A stretch of DNA of 64,000 nucleotides from Spirochaetia bacterium (lineage in GTDB: Bacteria > Spirochaetota > Spirochaetia > SP-2023), in assembly GCA_965225855.1 (NCBI GenBank), contig CBDDCK010000005.1, positions 96,001-160,000 on the forward strand. Reading direction: 5' to 3'. This document shows, piece after piece, positions 49,071 to 59,255 of this stretch (its first letter is position 1; each line of letters starts with the position of its first letter). Under the pieces are notes generated by a model. That model searched no databases. It was not told the DNA's origin and saw nothing but the letters and a program-made list of their open reading frames with translations. Made by a program: the position numbers and the translations under genes.

Positions 49071-51428
49071 CTACTCAACAACTCCTATAACTTCAATAGC
49101 ATTGGTTGGGTCTGCTGAAACACCCATTACAAATCCTGCTGCTACTTTAAGGTTGTATGCACCAGTATCATCACTTTTACCATTCTTAACCAATATCTTA
49201 TCAGCTTCCGCTTTTACACTACCGCTTAAAGTAATTATTAAGACGCTGATAGATGCCCTAAAACCTGTGGCTGTGTTTTCACCTGTAGTTGAGTGCTGGG
49301 GTAATGTGTAGCTCTTACTACCATCACCGGATACAAGCGTCAATTTGCTAAAGTCCCACTCTGCAAATGTTGACGGTAAATTGTCACCGAAAATACGTAA
49401 CAAGCCGTTATTAGCAGAGTAGTATGCGTCATCGATTCTGACTACATACCCACTAACGGTAATAGGGTTATTGCTTGTGTCTTCAGCCCTACCACCGGCA
49501 AATCCTGCTGCTGCTTCCAGGTTGTATGCACCATTATCATCACTTTGACCATTCTTAAACAATATATCTATGGCTTTCGTGTGTTCACTACCCTTTAAAG
49601 TAATCGTTAAGCTTGTTGCACTTGCTGCAGAACCTGTGGCTCTGTTTCTACCGGTTGGGTTGTGCCCTAATAATGGTTGACTCTTACGACCATTACCTGC
49701 GACAAGCCTCAATTTGGTGAAGTCCCAGCCTGTAACTGCTTTTGGTAAATTGACACCTGTAATCACTAACACACTTGTAGCAGCATTGTAGGTTGCACGG
49801 GTAATTGCGGGTGCGGGGTTTCCACTAACGGCCAAGGCTTTGGCTGTATCTAAACCCGCCCAACTACCAGTGCCAACGCTAAGTAACCCATCTTTTAGAC
49901 CATTGCTATCCATACCTGTCTTGCCATTCAGAGTAGCTTTATGTTGATCGGTAAGGTAAAGCCAAAACGCTGTGCCATCGTTTTTCATACGGTACTTACC
50001 TTTTGCAAGACCGCGACTATCTGGCCCAGTGGCATCGTCATCTGCAGTATAGGAACTTAAGGCTAGGCCATCTACCGTAATGGTTTGGATTTGCGCTTGG
50101 GTCGCACTACCTAAGTCAGTACCTTGTACGGTTAGCAGCGCCGTGCCAACATTGTAAGTTGCACTGGTAATTGCGGGTGCGGGGTTTCCACTAACGGCCA
50201 AGGCTTTGGCTGTATTTAAACCCGCCCAAGCACCAGTGCCAACGCTGAGCAACCCATCTTTTAGACCATTGCTATCCATACCTGTTTTGCCATTCAGAGT
50301 AGCTTTATGTTGATCGGTAAGTTTTAGCCAAAGCGCTGTGCCAGCGCTATGCAGGCGGTACTTACCTTTTGCAAGACCGCGACTATCTGCCCCAGTGGCT
50401 GTGGCATCTGCAGTATAGGAACTTAAGGCTAAGCCATCTACCGTAATGGTTTGGATTTGGGCTTGGGTCGCAGTTGTAGCACTTAAGTTAGAACCTTGTA
50501 AAGTTAACAGCGCCGTGCCAACATGGTAGGTTGCACTGGTAATTGCAGCTTCGGGGTTTCCACTAACGGCCAAGTCTTTGGCTGTATCTAAACCCGCCCA
50601 ACTACCAGTGCCAACGCTAAGCAACCCATCTTTTAGACCATCGTTAGCCATACCGGGCTTGGCCTGAAGAGTAGCTTTATGTGGATCGGTAAGTCTAAGC
50701 CAAAGCGCTGTGCCATCGCTTTTCATGCGGTACTTACCTTTTGCCAGACCACGACTATCTGGCCCAGTGGCTGTGCCATCTGCAGTATAGGAACTGAAGA
50801 CTAGGTCATATACTTTGATAGTTTGGATTTGGGCTTGGGTCGCAGTTGTAGCACTTAAGTGAGTACCTTGCAAGGTTAACAGCGCCGTGCCAACATGGTA
50901 GGTTGCACGGGTAATTGCAGCTTGTTCGACTTGTTCAGCTTCAGTTTGCTTAGATGGCTTATCGGGTATATTCCTAACGTCCAAGTCTTTGGCTGTATTT
51001 AAACCCGCCCAACTACCAGTGCCAACGCTAAGCAACCCTTTTTTTAGACCATTGCTACCCACCTTGGCCTCAAGAACAGCTTTATGTTGATTGGTAAGTT
51101 TCAGCCAAAGCGCTGTGCCATCGTTTGCAATACGGTACTTACCTTGTTCAAGACCGTTACTATTTACCCCAGTGGGTTTAGCATCTGCAGTATAGGAACT
51201 TAAGGCTACGCCATCTACTACGATGGTTTGGATTTGCGCTTCTGTAGGACTTAAGTCAGTACCTTGTACGGTTAACAGAGCCGTAGCAAAGTCGTAGATG
51301 GCCTTATTGATAGTCGGCCCAGAAGATGGCACACCATTGTCATCGTTGTCATCGGGTGGGGCGCAGGCCAAGGCCATAAAGGCCAGTAGCCAGGCTACAG
51401 GCAATAAAAATAGTTTGTGCTTATACAT
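49071..51428 (-). CDS. Modular surface lipoprotein, paralogue 2 (4 A + 2 B repeats)
   Basis: Same RBS and signal (MALA-C) and same repeat types as paralogue 1. Confidence 0.87.
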   Translation of the reverse strand: MYKHKLFLLPVAWLLAFMALACAPPDDNDDNGVPSSGPTINKAIYDFATALLTVQGTDLSPTEAQIQTIVVDGVALSSYTADAKPTGVNSNGLEQGKYRIANDGTALWLKLTNQHKAVLEAKVGSNGLKKGLLSVGTGSWAGLNTAKDLDVRNIPDKPSKQTEAEQVEQAAITRATYHVGTALLTLQGTHLSATTATQAQIQTIKVYDLVFSSYTADGTATGPDSRGLAKGKYRMKSDGTALWLRLTDPHKATLQAKPGMANDGLKDGLLSVGTGSWAGLDTAKDLAVSGNPEAAITSATYHVGTALLTLQGSNLSATTATQAQIQTITVDGLALSSYTADATATGADSRGLAKGKYRLHSAGTALWLKLTDQHKATLNGKTGMDSNGLKDGLLSVGTGAWAGLNTAKALAVSGNPAPAITSATYNVGTALLTVQGTDLGSATQAQIQTITVDGLALSSYTADDDATGPDSRGLAKGKYRMKNDGTAFWLYLTDQHKATLNGKTGMDSNGLKDGLLSVGTGSWAGLDTAKALAVSGNPAPAITRATYNAATSVLVITGVNLPKAVTGWDFTKLRLVAGNGRKSQPLLGHNPTGRNRATGSAASATSLTITLKGSEHTKAIDILFKNGQSDDNGAYNLEAAAGFAGGRAEDTSNNPITVSGYVVRIDDAYYSANNGLLRIFGDNLPSTFAEWDFSKLTLVSGDGSKSYTLPQHSTTGENTATGFRASISVLIITLSGSVKAEADKILVKNGKSDDTGAYNLKVAAGFVMGVSADPTNAIEVIGVVE

Positions 51429-51646
51429 AAGCAATACCTCCAACAAATGGATAAAGATTAGCCAACCCATACGGGCTAGTGTACAGCGCCCCATTTTGCT
51501 AGGGGGGGTGTTGCGTCAAGGCCTATATAAGCTTTTTGTAAGTTTTTTTGTGCTTTTTTATGTTTTGGGCACTTTTTTTGTGTGTTAGTGTTGTTTAGTG
51601 TTGTAAGGTGGTTCAAAATCCATGCCAATCAAAAGGCTTAAGGGTG

Positions 51647-51689
51647 TTGGCCTTTGTTTGGCCTTTGTTTGGCCTTTGTTTGGCCTTTG
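51647..51689. repeat. Tandem repeat, about 4 x 11 bp (TTGGCCTTTGT)
   Basis: Read directly from the sequence. Confidence 0.85.
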
Positions 51690-51903
51690 GGGGGTGGCAA
51701 AGTGTAGAATTGAATAAAATACTTGATTACACCTCAATTACACTATGGGGCAATCTCCAAAAGGTGAAACATTTAATGAAAATGAAAACGCTATATTATT
51801 CTTTCAGGGGCGTTCAGAATTTGGCCAACGATTGCCGATGATTGTTGTATAGGTCGTGAATTATGTGCCGATGTAGAAAATTTCATTAAAGACTAGGGTA
51901 TCA

Positions 51904-51997
51904 ATAGGTGCGAGGTAATTCTATTGATAGAATTAGGTAGATTCTATTATATAGGTGCGAGGTAATTCTATTGATAGATTTAGGTCAATTCTATTAT
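51904..51997. repeat. Tandem duplication, 2 x 47 bp
   Basis: ATAGGTGCGAGGTAATTCTATTGATAG...TTCTATTAT occurs twice. Confidence 0.85.
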
Positions 51998-52080
51998 ATA
52001 GGAACTTAAGACTAGGTCATATACTTTGATGGTTTGGATTTGCGCTTGGGTCGCACTGGTAGCATTTAAGTTAGAACCTT
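51997..52080 (-). pseudogene. Isolated fragment of a lipoprotein A-domain coding sequence
   Basis: Translates as GSNLNATSATQAQIQTIKVYDLVLSSY. Confidence 0.8.
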
Positions 52081-52251
52081 TTGCTAATTTTTGGCATTAC
52101 CATTTTTGTCGTTATGGTTACTTTGCCTGTTTTGTTCACTAAGTTTATTGCCTCTTTTCAGAGAATACATGTTTTAAAATAATGCTATTGAACAATATAC
52201 GATCTTATTGATCATATAGTTAAAATTAACTAAATTTTATGCAATTTTTTC

Positions 52252-52276
52252 TTGACAGTTATTATAAAGTCTGTCA
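52252..52276 (+). promoter_or_regulatory. Candidate operator overlapping a -35 box
   Basis: TTGACA overlapped by the inverted repeat TGACAG-12 nt-CTGTCA. Confidence 0.45.
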
Positions 52277-52305
52277 TTTTGTTATCTATAGTCAAGAGGC
52301 GTAAA

Positions 52306-53079
52306 ATGGCAGATAAGCAATATAATATAACATATAATTTTTCAAAGCAGACTGCTCTTATTACTGGGGCAGCTACAGGTATAGGGTATGCAATAGCGGA
52401 AATGTTTGCACAAAGCAAGGCAAATATTATACTTGTTGATAAAAGCACAGACATAGGAGAGAAAGCAAATACTCTTGCAAAAAAATATAGTGTAAACACT
52501 ACTGGTATTGAATGTAACATTACCAGTACTGATTGTATTGCGCAGATGAAAGAAACGGCATTACATGCTTTTCCTCAAGTGGATATTCTTGTCAACAATG
52601 CAGGTATTGCTGTGTTAGAAAAAGCAGAAACGCTTGCTAAGGAGCATTGGGATGCGACACTTGCAGTAAATCTTAGTGCCGCTTTTTTTATAACTCAGGC
52701 CTTTGTTCCAGAAATGATACAAAGAAAAAAAGGAAAAATAGTAAATATTGCATCGCAGGCAGGAGTGATAGCACTAGATAAACATGTAGCATACTGTGTA
52801 AGCAAAGCTGGTATTATTTCTATGACAAAAGTGATGGCTCTTGAATGGGGAACATATAATATTAATATCAATGCGGTATCTCCTACTGTGGTATTAACTG
52901 AACTAGGCAAAAAAGCATGGGCAGGAAAAATAGGAGAAGATATGAAGAAAAAAATACCTACCAAACGTTTTGCTTTTCCAGAAGAAATTGCTGCAACAGT
53001 TATGTTTTTGTCCAGTGCTGCGTCTGATATGGTACACGGTGAAAATATACTTATTGATGGTGGATATTCAATTCAATAA
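52306..53079 (+). CDS. SDR polyol dehydrogenase (GolD/DthD-like)
   Basis: TGAATGIG, NNAG, YCVSK and SPTVVLTELGKKAW motifs. Confidence 0.8.
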   Translation: MADKQYNITYNFSKQTALITGAATGIGYAIAEMFAQSKANIILVDKSTDIGEKANTLAKKYSVNTTGIECNITSTDCIAQMKETALHAFPQVDILVNNAGIAVLEKAETLAKEHWDATLAVNLSAAFFITQAFVPEMIQRKKGKIVNIASQAGVIALDKHVAYCVSKAGIISMTKVMALEWGTYNININAVSPTVVLTELGKKAWAGKIGEDMKKKIPTKRFAFPEEIAATVMFLSSAASDMVHGENILIDGGYSIQ

Positions 53080-54563
53080 TGAATAAACACTCTCTGCAAA
53101 TACAACATGTTTCTAAAAGTTTTGGTGGCATACAAGCATTACGTGATGTTTCCTTTACTGTTGCGAAACGATCGGTTCATGCACTGTGTGGAGAGAATGG
53201 GGCAGGAAAATCTACCCTTATGAAAATTTTAAGTGGAGAGATCAAAAAATATGATGGGAAGATTCTTCTTGATGATAAAATAATACAATGGATTTCTCCC
53301 CATGATGCTTTGTATGGAGGTATAGCAATAATAGCACAAGAGCTTAATCCTCTGCTTGATATGACCATAGCAGAAAATATCTTTTTAGGAAGAGAGCCTG
53401 TTACAATGGGTTTTCTTAATAGAAAGCTATTGTATGCAAAAGCAAAAAAAGCACTTTCCTATTTTGATTTAGATTTTGATGTCTCAAAAAAGCTACGCGA
53501 GTTGAGTATTGCACAAATACAGTTGATAGAAATTGTTAAGGCAATTTCGTATAATTCTGCAGTCATAATAATGGACGAGCCAACATCAGCTATTGGAGAA
53601 CAAGAAACACAGAGATTGTTTGCTATCATACGTAAATTAAAACAAGAGAATAGAACCATAATATATATATCTCATAGAATGAATGAGATATATACCATAG
53701 CTGATGATGTTACTGTTTTAAGGGATGGACATCATATTATAAGCACTCATCTTACTGATCTTTCCTCTGATGAGCTTGTGTACAATATGATAGGGCAAAA
53801 GATAAGTAGCTCATACTTTGTTCCTCCAAAACCTTTGCAAAAAAAGAGTCCTTTATTGGATGTTGTAGCTATTTCAAAGAAGCAACGTTTTACTCACACT
53901 AGTTTTACGCTCCACAAAAAAGAAATACTGGGTATATTTGGGTTGATGGGGTCTGGTCGAAGTACGCTTCTCAAAATGCTATTTGGGATAGAGAAGTTTG
54001 ATGAAGGTTCTGTATTGCTTGAAGGAAAAGAAATAGATTGTAGTAATCCAGCTAGGGCATTATCATCTGGACTTGGTTTTGTCGTTGAAGATAGAAAGCA
54101 AATGGGGCTTATCATAGATCATCCCATTCGTAGCAATCTCACTCTTTCTTCTCTTCCTTCTCTTTCTTTTGGAGGATTTATAAAGCGTTTTGAAGAAAGG
54201 CAAAAAGTTACTGCAACAATGAATGCCTTTAATATAAAAGCAACGTCTCAAGCACAGGCAACCAACAGTCTGAGTGGAGGTAATCAGCAGAAAGTAGTAA
54301 TAGGAAAGTGGGTGCTAACAAGCCCTTCTGTACTCCTATTAGACGAACCTACACGTGGTATTGATATAGGAGCAAAGCATGAAATATATCAATTTATGAA
54401 TAAATATATTGAGGATGAAAGAGGCATTATTATGGTCTCTTCTGAACTTCCAGAGATATTGGCAATGTCCCATAGAGTACTGTTGTTTAAGAAAGGATGT
54501 ATTGTTGCAGAGCGAGAAAGAGCTGATTTTGATCAAGAAGAATTTATGCGTTTAATATCATAG
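53079..54563 (+). CDS. Sugar ABC transporter ATP-binding protein (RbsA-like)
   Basis: GENGAGKST, MDEPT and LSGGNQQK motifs. Confidence 0.95.
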   Translation: MNKHSLQIQHVSKSFGGIQALRDVSFTVAKRSVHALCGENGAGKSTLMKILSGEIKKYDGKILLDDKIIQWISPHDALYGGIAIIAQELNPLLDMTIAENIFLGREPVTMGFLNRKLLYAKAKKALSYFDLDFDVSKKLRELSIAQIQLIEIVKAISYNSAVIIMDEPTSAIGEQETQRLFAIIRKLKQENRTIIYISHRMNEIYTIADDVTVLRDGHHIISTHLTDLSSDELVYNMIGQKISSSYFVPPKPLQKKSPLLDVVAISKKQRFTHTSFTLHKKEILGIFGLMGSGRSTLLKMLFGIEKFDEGSVLLEGKEIDCSNPARALSSGLGFVVEDRKQMGLIIDHPIRSNLTLSSLPSLSFGGFIKRFEERQKVTATMNAFNIKATSQAQATNSLSGGNQQKVVIGKWVLTSPSVLLLDEPTRGIDIGAKHEIYQFMNKYIEDERGIIMVSSELPEILAMSHRVLLFKKGCIVAERERADFDQEEFMRLIS

Positions 54564-54571
54564 GAGACAGT

Positions 54572-55546
54572 ATGGGTAAGATACATATTATTAAGCATAT
54601 ATCTAAAAACATAAGTTCTCAGTATGGCATTGTGCTTGTATTTTTCATATTGTGCTTAGCACTATACATAGCAACACCAAATTTTCTAGTATCAAGAAAT
54701 CTTATAAATGTTTTACGACAAATATCAATAAATGGACTCCTGTCCTTAGGAATGACTTTTGTAATTCTTACGGGAGGCATAGACCTATCTGTCGGTTCTA
54801 TTCTTGCCTTTTCTGGGGTAGTAGCGGCAAGCCTTGCAAGTAGTACCAGCGGAGGAATCGTGTCCCCGGTTTCTGTAATAGTAATGCTTGCCATACTATC
54901 AGGTATCATTTTAGGGGCAGTGAATGGTTTTTTTATTGCCTTTCTACGAGTGCCTGCTTTTGTGGTAACGCTTGGTATGCTTAGTATTGCCAGAGGAGTT
55001 ACCTATATTTATTCTGATGGAAAACCTATTCCTCAACTAAGTCCTTCGTTCTTACAATTAGGGCAAGGCACACTGTTGGGAGGTATCCCTTTCCCTGTGG
55101 TGATTGTATTTGTGGCATTTGTTCTGTTATATATTCTTCTTTATTTCACAAGCTATGGAAGATATGTATATGCCGTGGGAGGAAATGAAAAAAGTGCTTG
55201 GGTATCGGGAATAAACATAAAAATAATATATTTTTCAGTGTATGTCATTTCTGGTATTATGGCAGCTTTGGGAGGTATCATTATTACGGCACGTACCACT
55301 GCGGGACTACCACAAGCAGGGCAGGCGTATGAGTTAGATGCTATTGCAGCTGTGGTAATTGGTGGGACAAATTTAAAGGGAGGAAAAGGTACTCTCATAG
55401 GAACGATATTTGGCGTATTGATTATAGGCGTTATAAATAATGGACTAAATTTACTAGGAGTTTCTTCCTATTTTCAACAGGTTATAAAAGGCTCTATTAT
55501 CATTCTTGCAGTGATGTTAGACTCTTTACGATATGCTAATGAATAA
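54572..55546 (+). CDS. Sugar ABC permease (RbsC-like)
   Basis: GGIDLSVGS, YAVGGNE and YELDAIAAVVIGG motifs. Confidence 0.95.
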   Translation: MGKIHIIKHISKNISSQYGIVLVFFILCLALYIATPNFLVSRNLINVLRQISINGLLSLGMTFVILTGGIDLSVGSILAFSGVVAASLASSTSGGIVSPVSVIVMLAILSGIILGAVNGFFIAFLRVPAFVVTLGMLSIARGVTYIYSDGKPIPQLSPSFLQLGQGTLLGGIPFPVVIVFVAFVLLYILLYFTSYGRYVYAVGGNEKSAWVSGINIKIIYFSVYVISGIMAALGGIIITARTTAGLPQAGQAYELDAIAAVVIGGTNLKGGKGTLIGTIFGVLIIGVINNGLNLLGVSSYFQQVIKGSIIILAVMLDSLRYANE

Positions 55547-55564
55547 AAATAATAAGGAGGCTTT

Positions 55565-56572
55565 ATGAAAAAGTTTTATTTCGTATTGATAACTATACTA
55601 ACAATAGTTATGTCTGTGTTTGTTATGTCTTGTAACAGAGGTAACAAAAAAGTACAGGTGGGAGCTGCTGTGTATGGACTTAAAGGAGAGTTTATGCGTT
55701 TATGGACAACTGCATTGGAACGACATCCAGCAGTAGTTGCAGGCGAAGTGGATATTACTGTTTTTGATGGTAACTACGATGCATCAGTGCAGTACAGTCA
55801 GTTTGAAACAATGGTATCACAAGGATATGATGCGATACTCTTTGTTCCTATTGATATTGAAGCAGGGGTAGCCGCAGTAGATCTAGCAGTAGAAGCTGAT
55901 ATTCCTGTCATAGGGTCCAATACTCGGGTAAATACAAATAAGTTGCACTCGTATATCGGCTCTGATGATGTAATATCAGGTGCTATGGAAGCTCAATCTG
56001 TTGTTGATGGCATGGGAGGGAGAGGCAACCTCGTAATTATAGAAGGCCCTATAGGGCAATCTGCACAAATTCAAAGAAGAGAAGGCAATCTTAAGGTATT
56101 ACAAAAGTATCCTGATATACAAGTTCTGGAAATGAACACAGCAAACTGGTCTCGTGCCGAAGCATTATCGTTAATGGAAGATTGGCTTAATTCTCATCCA
56201 GGACAGATAAATGGTGTTATTGGACAAAATGATGAGATGGCACTTGGTGCTATTCAAGCTATTAAGCAAGCAGGATTGAATATAAAAGATTTTGCTATTG
56301 CAGGGATAGATGGGGTAACAGATGCAATGTACGCAGTGAAAGATAATCAAATGAACAGCATACTACAAGATGCTGTTGGACAAGCACAGGGAGCGTTGGA
56401 TTTGGCACTTCGTGCAGTGTTGGGTGATAATTATGTTCCTAAGGCAGATGTATGGAAAGATTTAGATTGGGAAAATGGTATGCAAAAACTGTATAATGTT
56501 CCTTGGGTTCCAATCACTCTTCAAAATGTAGATGACTTACTTACAACAAGGCAGGCATTGACAAATGAATAA
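55565..56572 (+). CDS. Sugar/polyol ABC substrate-binding lipoprotein
   Basis: Lipobox VMSC; ANWSR and QNDEMALGA motifs. Confidence 0.9.
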   Translation: MKKFYFVLITILTIVMSVFVMSCNRGNKKVQVGAAVYGLKGEFMRLWTTALERHPAVVAGEVDITVFDGNYDASVQYSQFETMVSQGYDAILFVPIDIEAGVAAVDLAVEADIPVIGSNTRVNTNKLHSYIGSDDVISGAMEAQSVVDGMGGRGNLVIIEGPIGQSAQIQRREGNLKVLQKYPDIQVLEMNTANWSRAEALSLMEDWLNSHPGQINGVIGQNDEMALGAIQAIKQAGLNIKDFAIAGIDGVTDAMYAVKDNQMNSILQDAVGQAQGALDLALRAVLGDNYVPKADVWKDLDWENGMQKLYNVPWVPITLQNVDDLLTTRQALTNE

Positions 56573-56644
56573 AAAACTTAGCCGCCGTATTCCAGCTTCC
56601 GATAGGATATTTGTATTAATAAATTCTTTTCATGGAGGTTTAAT

Positions 56645-57610
56645 ATGAAAAAGAAAATTTCTATCGTGGGGCTTGCTTGTTGGCTTTTGGTTTTTAGCTT
56701 TACAGCATTACATGCAAGAGGCAACACCAGTAAGGCTAAATATAAAGTGGCTTATATAGCCCGCGCTCAGGCGGATTCCTTTGCCGCATGGCTGGCAAAT
56801 TCTATTAAAGCAGAAGCCGAAAAATATCCCGATATTGACGTGAAAGTCTTTGATGGGCAAGCATCCGATAGTGTCGAAAACTCGCTTATTGAGAATGCAA
56901 TTGTGAATGGTTTTGATGCAATCATCATTCAACCAAACAACGGTGAGTCGCAAAGACCTTATGCAGAAAAAGTTGTGCAGGCAGGAATCATTTGTATTAC
57001 AACCAATGCTCGTATTGCGGGTATTAAAGGCGCCTCTTCTGTAGATGCAGACCCTTATGAACAAGCTGCGGTACAAGCCCGCGCTGCCTTAAAACAAATT
57101 CCCCAAGATGCCAAGGTGGTTGTTCTTAATGGGCCTCCTGGAAACTTTCATGCCGATCAGCGCCGCCTTAGTTGGAAAAAAGAATTTTTTGATAAACGGC
57201 CGGATGTAAGCATTGTAGGAGAACAAATTGCCAATTGGAATAAAGAAGAAGCCGTCAGTTTGATGGAAGACTGGGTCCAGGCAAACAGTACCATTGATGC
57301 AATTATTTCCATGAATGACAACATGGCCGCCGGTGCTTTAGAAGTGGTGAAAGGCAATCCTAAATTTGCCCAAATTTTGTCCTATGGGGTTGATGGCACG
57401 GCTGAAGCGGCCTTACTAATTAAGGAAGGCAGAATGACTTCCACAACTTTACAAAATGCCTATGAGCTGGCAGAAAAACTACTAATGGTTACAGAACAAT
57501 TATTGGCCGGTCAGAAAAAGCAAATTGATCTAGATATAGGCACTCCGTCTATTACCAAAGACAATGTAGATCAATACATAGAAATGCACCGTCAAGCAGG
57601 GAATCTCTAG
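56645..57610 (+). CDS. Sugar/polyol ABC substrate-binding protein 2
   Basis: Signal peptide; ANWNKEEA, MNDNMAAGA and GVDG motifs. Confidence 0.9.
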   Translation: MKKKISIVGLACWLLVFSFTALHARGNTSKAKYKVAYIARAQADSFAAWLANSIKAEAEKYPDIDVKVFDGQASDSVENSLIENAIVNGFDAIIIQPNNGESQRPYAEKVVQAGIICITTNARIAGIKGASSVDADPYEQAAVQARAALKQIPQDAKVVVLNGPPGNFHADQRRLSWKKEFFDKRPDVSIVGEQIANWNKEEAVSLMEDWVQANSTIDAIISMNDNMAAGALEVVKGNPKFAQILSYGVDGTAEAALLIKEGRMTSTTLQNAYELAEKLLMVTEQLLAGQKKQIDLDIGTPSITKDNVDQYIEMHRQAGNL

Positions 57611-57615
57611 CATAT

Positions 57616-57661
57616 ATATCCAAGATTATTCAATGTCCCCACATTGGTATATCTTGGATAT
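57616..57661 (+). terminator. Intra-operon stem-loop
   Basis: ATATCCAAGAT...CAATGT-CCCC-ACATTG...ATCTTGGATAT, downstream of the binding-protein gene. Confidence 0.5.
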
Positions 57662-57708
57662 TACTTTCTTTAGATATTAAGATTCGCCGCTAATAAGTCC
57701 ATAATATA

Positions 57709-59235
57709 ATGGCAAGCAACGTACTCGAAATTGCTGGTATTACGAAATCTTTTCCCGGTGTAAAAGCATTGGAGAATGTATCTCTTTCTATAAAAAAAGG
57801 TTCGGTACATGCTCTTTGTGGTGAGAATGGTGCGGGCAAATCCACTCTAATGAAAATTATTAACGGTCTACACCAAGCAGATGCAGGCAAAATACTTGTC
57901 AAAGGAGAACCTGTACATATCAAGAGCCCGTTTCAAGCCCGAGAATATGGAATTGCTATGATCTTTCAGGAATTAAATTATATCCCAGAAATGTCCATTG
58001 AAGAAAATTTTTATTTGGGGGAGTGGCCTTCCCGCTTTAAAAGTATTTTTCGTAATATCCGCTGGAAAGAACTCCGCAAAAATATTGGAGCACTGTTACA
58101 AAATGAAAAACTTCCCTATTTACCTACAACAAAAATAAAATACCTTTCGATTTCGGAAATACAACATTTGGAAATTTTAAAAGCGGTATCTAAAAATGCG
58201 GAAATTATCATCATGGATGAGCCGAGTTCTGCCATTACAGAGCGAGAAGTTGCGCTATTATTTGAGAAGATTGCCCAACTAAAAAAATTGGGTACGAGTA
58301 TTCTCTATATTTCTCACAAAATGGATGAGATATTCCAAATAGCCGATGATATTACCGTACTTAGAGATGGTCGTGCTATTGAAACCAGAATCAAAGAAGA
58401 TTTTACGATAAACGAAGTGATCTCCCTGATGGTTGGCAGAACCATATCTGAAAATTATCCGCCTAAATATTCGAGCCACTCTGGAAACTCTCTTGAATCC
58501 AATGAAAAAAGCCCCCAGATAGCGATTCAAGTAGAAAATCTATGTAGAGAAAATGTTTTGCATAATATAAGTTTTCACGGATATAAAGGTGAAATTGTTG
58601 GTTTTTCAGGTTTAATGGGGGCCGGTAGAACAGAGCTTATGAGAGCCCTTTTTGGACTAGATAATTTTGGTTTTGGGACCATCCAAATTCACGGAAAAAA
58701 TTGCCGTATTCGCAAGGTATCGGATAGCATTTCCTACGGTATGGCAATGTTAACGGAAGATAGAAAACGTTATGGCATTATACCGATGCGTTCTATTCGG
58801 GAAAACACAACTTTAACGACCTTATATAATTTTTATTCCAAAGGATTTCTGCACAAAAAGAAAGAATTTTTAGGAACGCAAGATATTTGTCAAAAGTTAA
58901 ATTTAAATACGAATGATTATGAAAAAATGATTTGTACATTAAGCGGAGGCAATCAACAAAAAGTAATTCTTGCCAGATTATTATTATTGGACCCAGAAAT
59001 ATTAATTATGGACGAACCTACCAGAGGGATTGATGTTGGGGCAAAGTATGAAATTTATAAAATCATCAGGCATTTGGCGGCACAAGGAAAAACAATTATT
59101 TTTATTTCTTCCGAATTACCAGAATTAATGGGCATGTCCGATCGGATATATGTAATGTCTGGCGGAAAAATCCGCGGAGAATTAACCAGAAAAGAATTTT
59201 CTCAAGAGAAAATTCTACAGCTAGCAGTTTTATAG
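57709..59235 (+). CDS. Sugar ABC ATP-binding protein 2
   Basis: GENGAGKST, LSGGNQQK and DEPTRGIDVGAK motifs. Confidence 0.95.
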   Translation: MASNVLEIAGITKSFPGVKALENVSLSIKKGSVHALCGENGAGKSTLMKIINGLHQADAGKILVKGEPVHIKSPFQAREYGIAMIFQELNYIPEMSIEENFYLGEWPSRFKSIFRNIRWKELRKNIGALLQNEKLPYLPTTKIKYLSISEIQHLEILKAVSKNAEIIIMDEPSSAITEREVALLFEKIAQLKKLGTSILYISHKMDEIFQIADDITVLRDGRAIETRIKEDFTINEVISLMVGRTISENYPPKYSSHSGNSLESNEKSPQIAIQVENLCRENVLHNISFHGYKGEIVGFSGLMGAGRTELMRALFGLDNFGFGTIQIHGKNCRIRKVSDSISYGMAMLTEDRKRYGIIPMRSIRENTTLTTLYNFYSKGFLHKKKEFLGTQDICQKLNLNTNDYEKMICTLSGGNQQKVILARLLLLDPEILIMDEPTRGIDVGAKYEIYKIIRHLAAQGKTIIFISSELPELMGMSDRIYVMSGGKIRGELTRKEFSQEKILQLAVL

Positions 59236-59255
59236 CGAAAGGATTAAAGGATTAT

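Larger units (their letters stand above)
47748..51630 (-). repeat. Imperfect inverted copy of 1890-5372 (lipoprotein plus Bdr-like unit with flanks)
   Basis: Reverse complement matches the upstream region, both genes and the downstream palindromes; the middle spacer differs. Confidence 0.9.
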
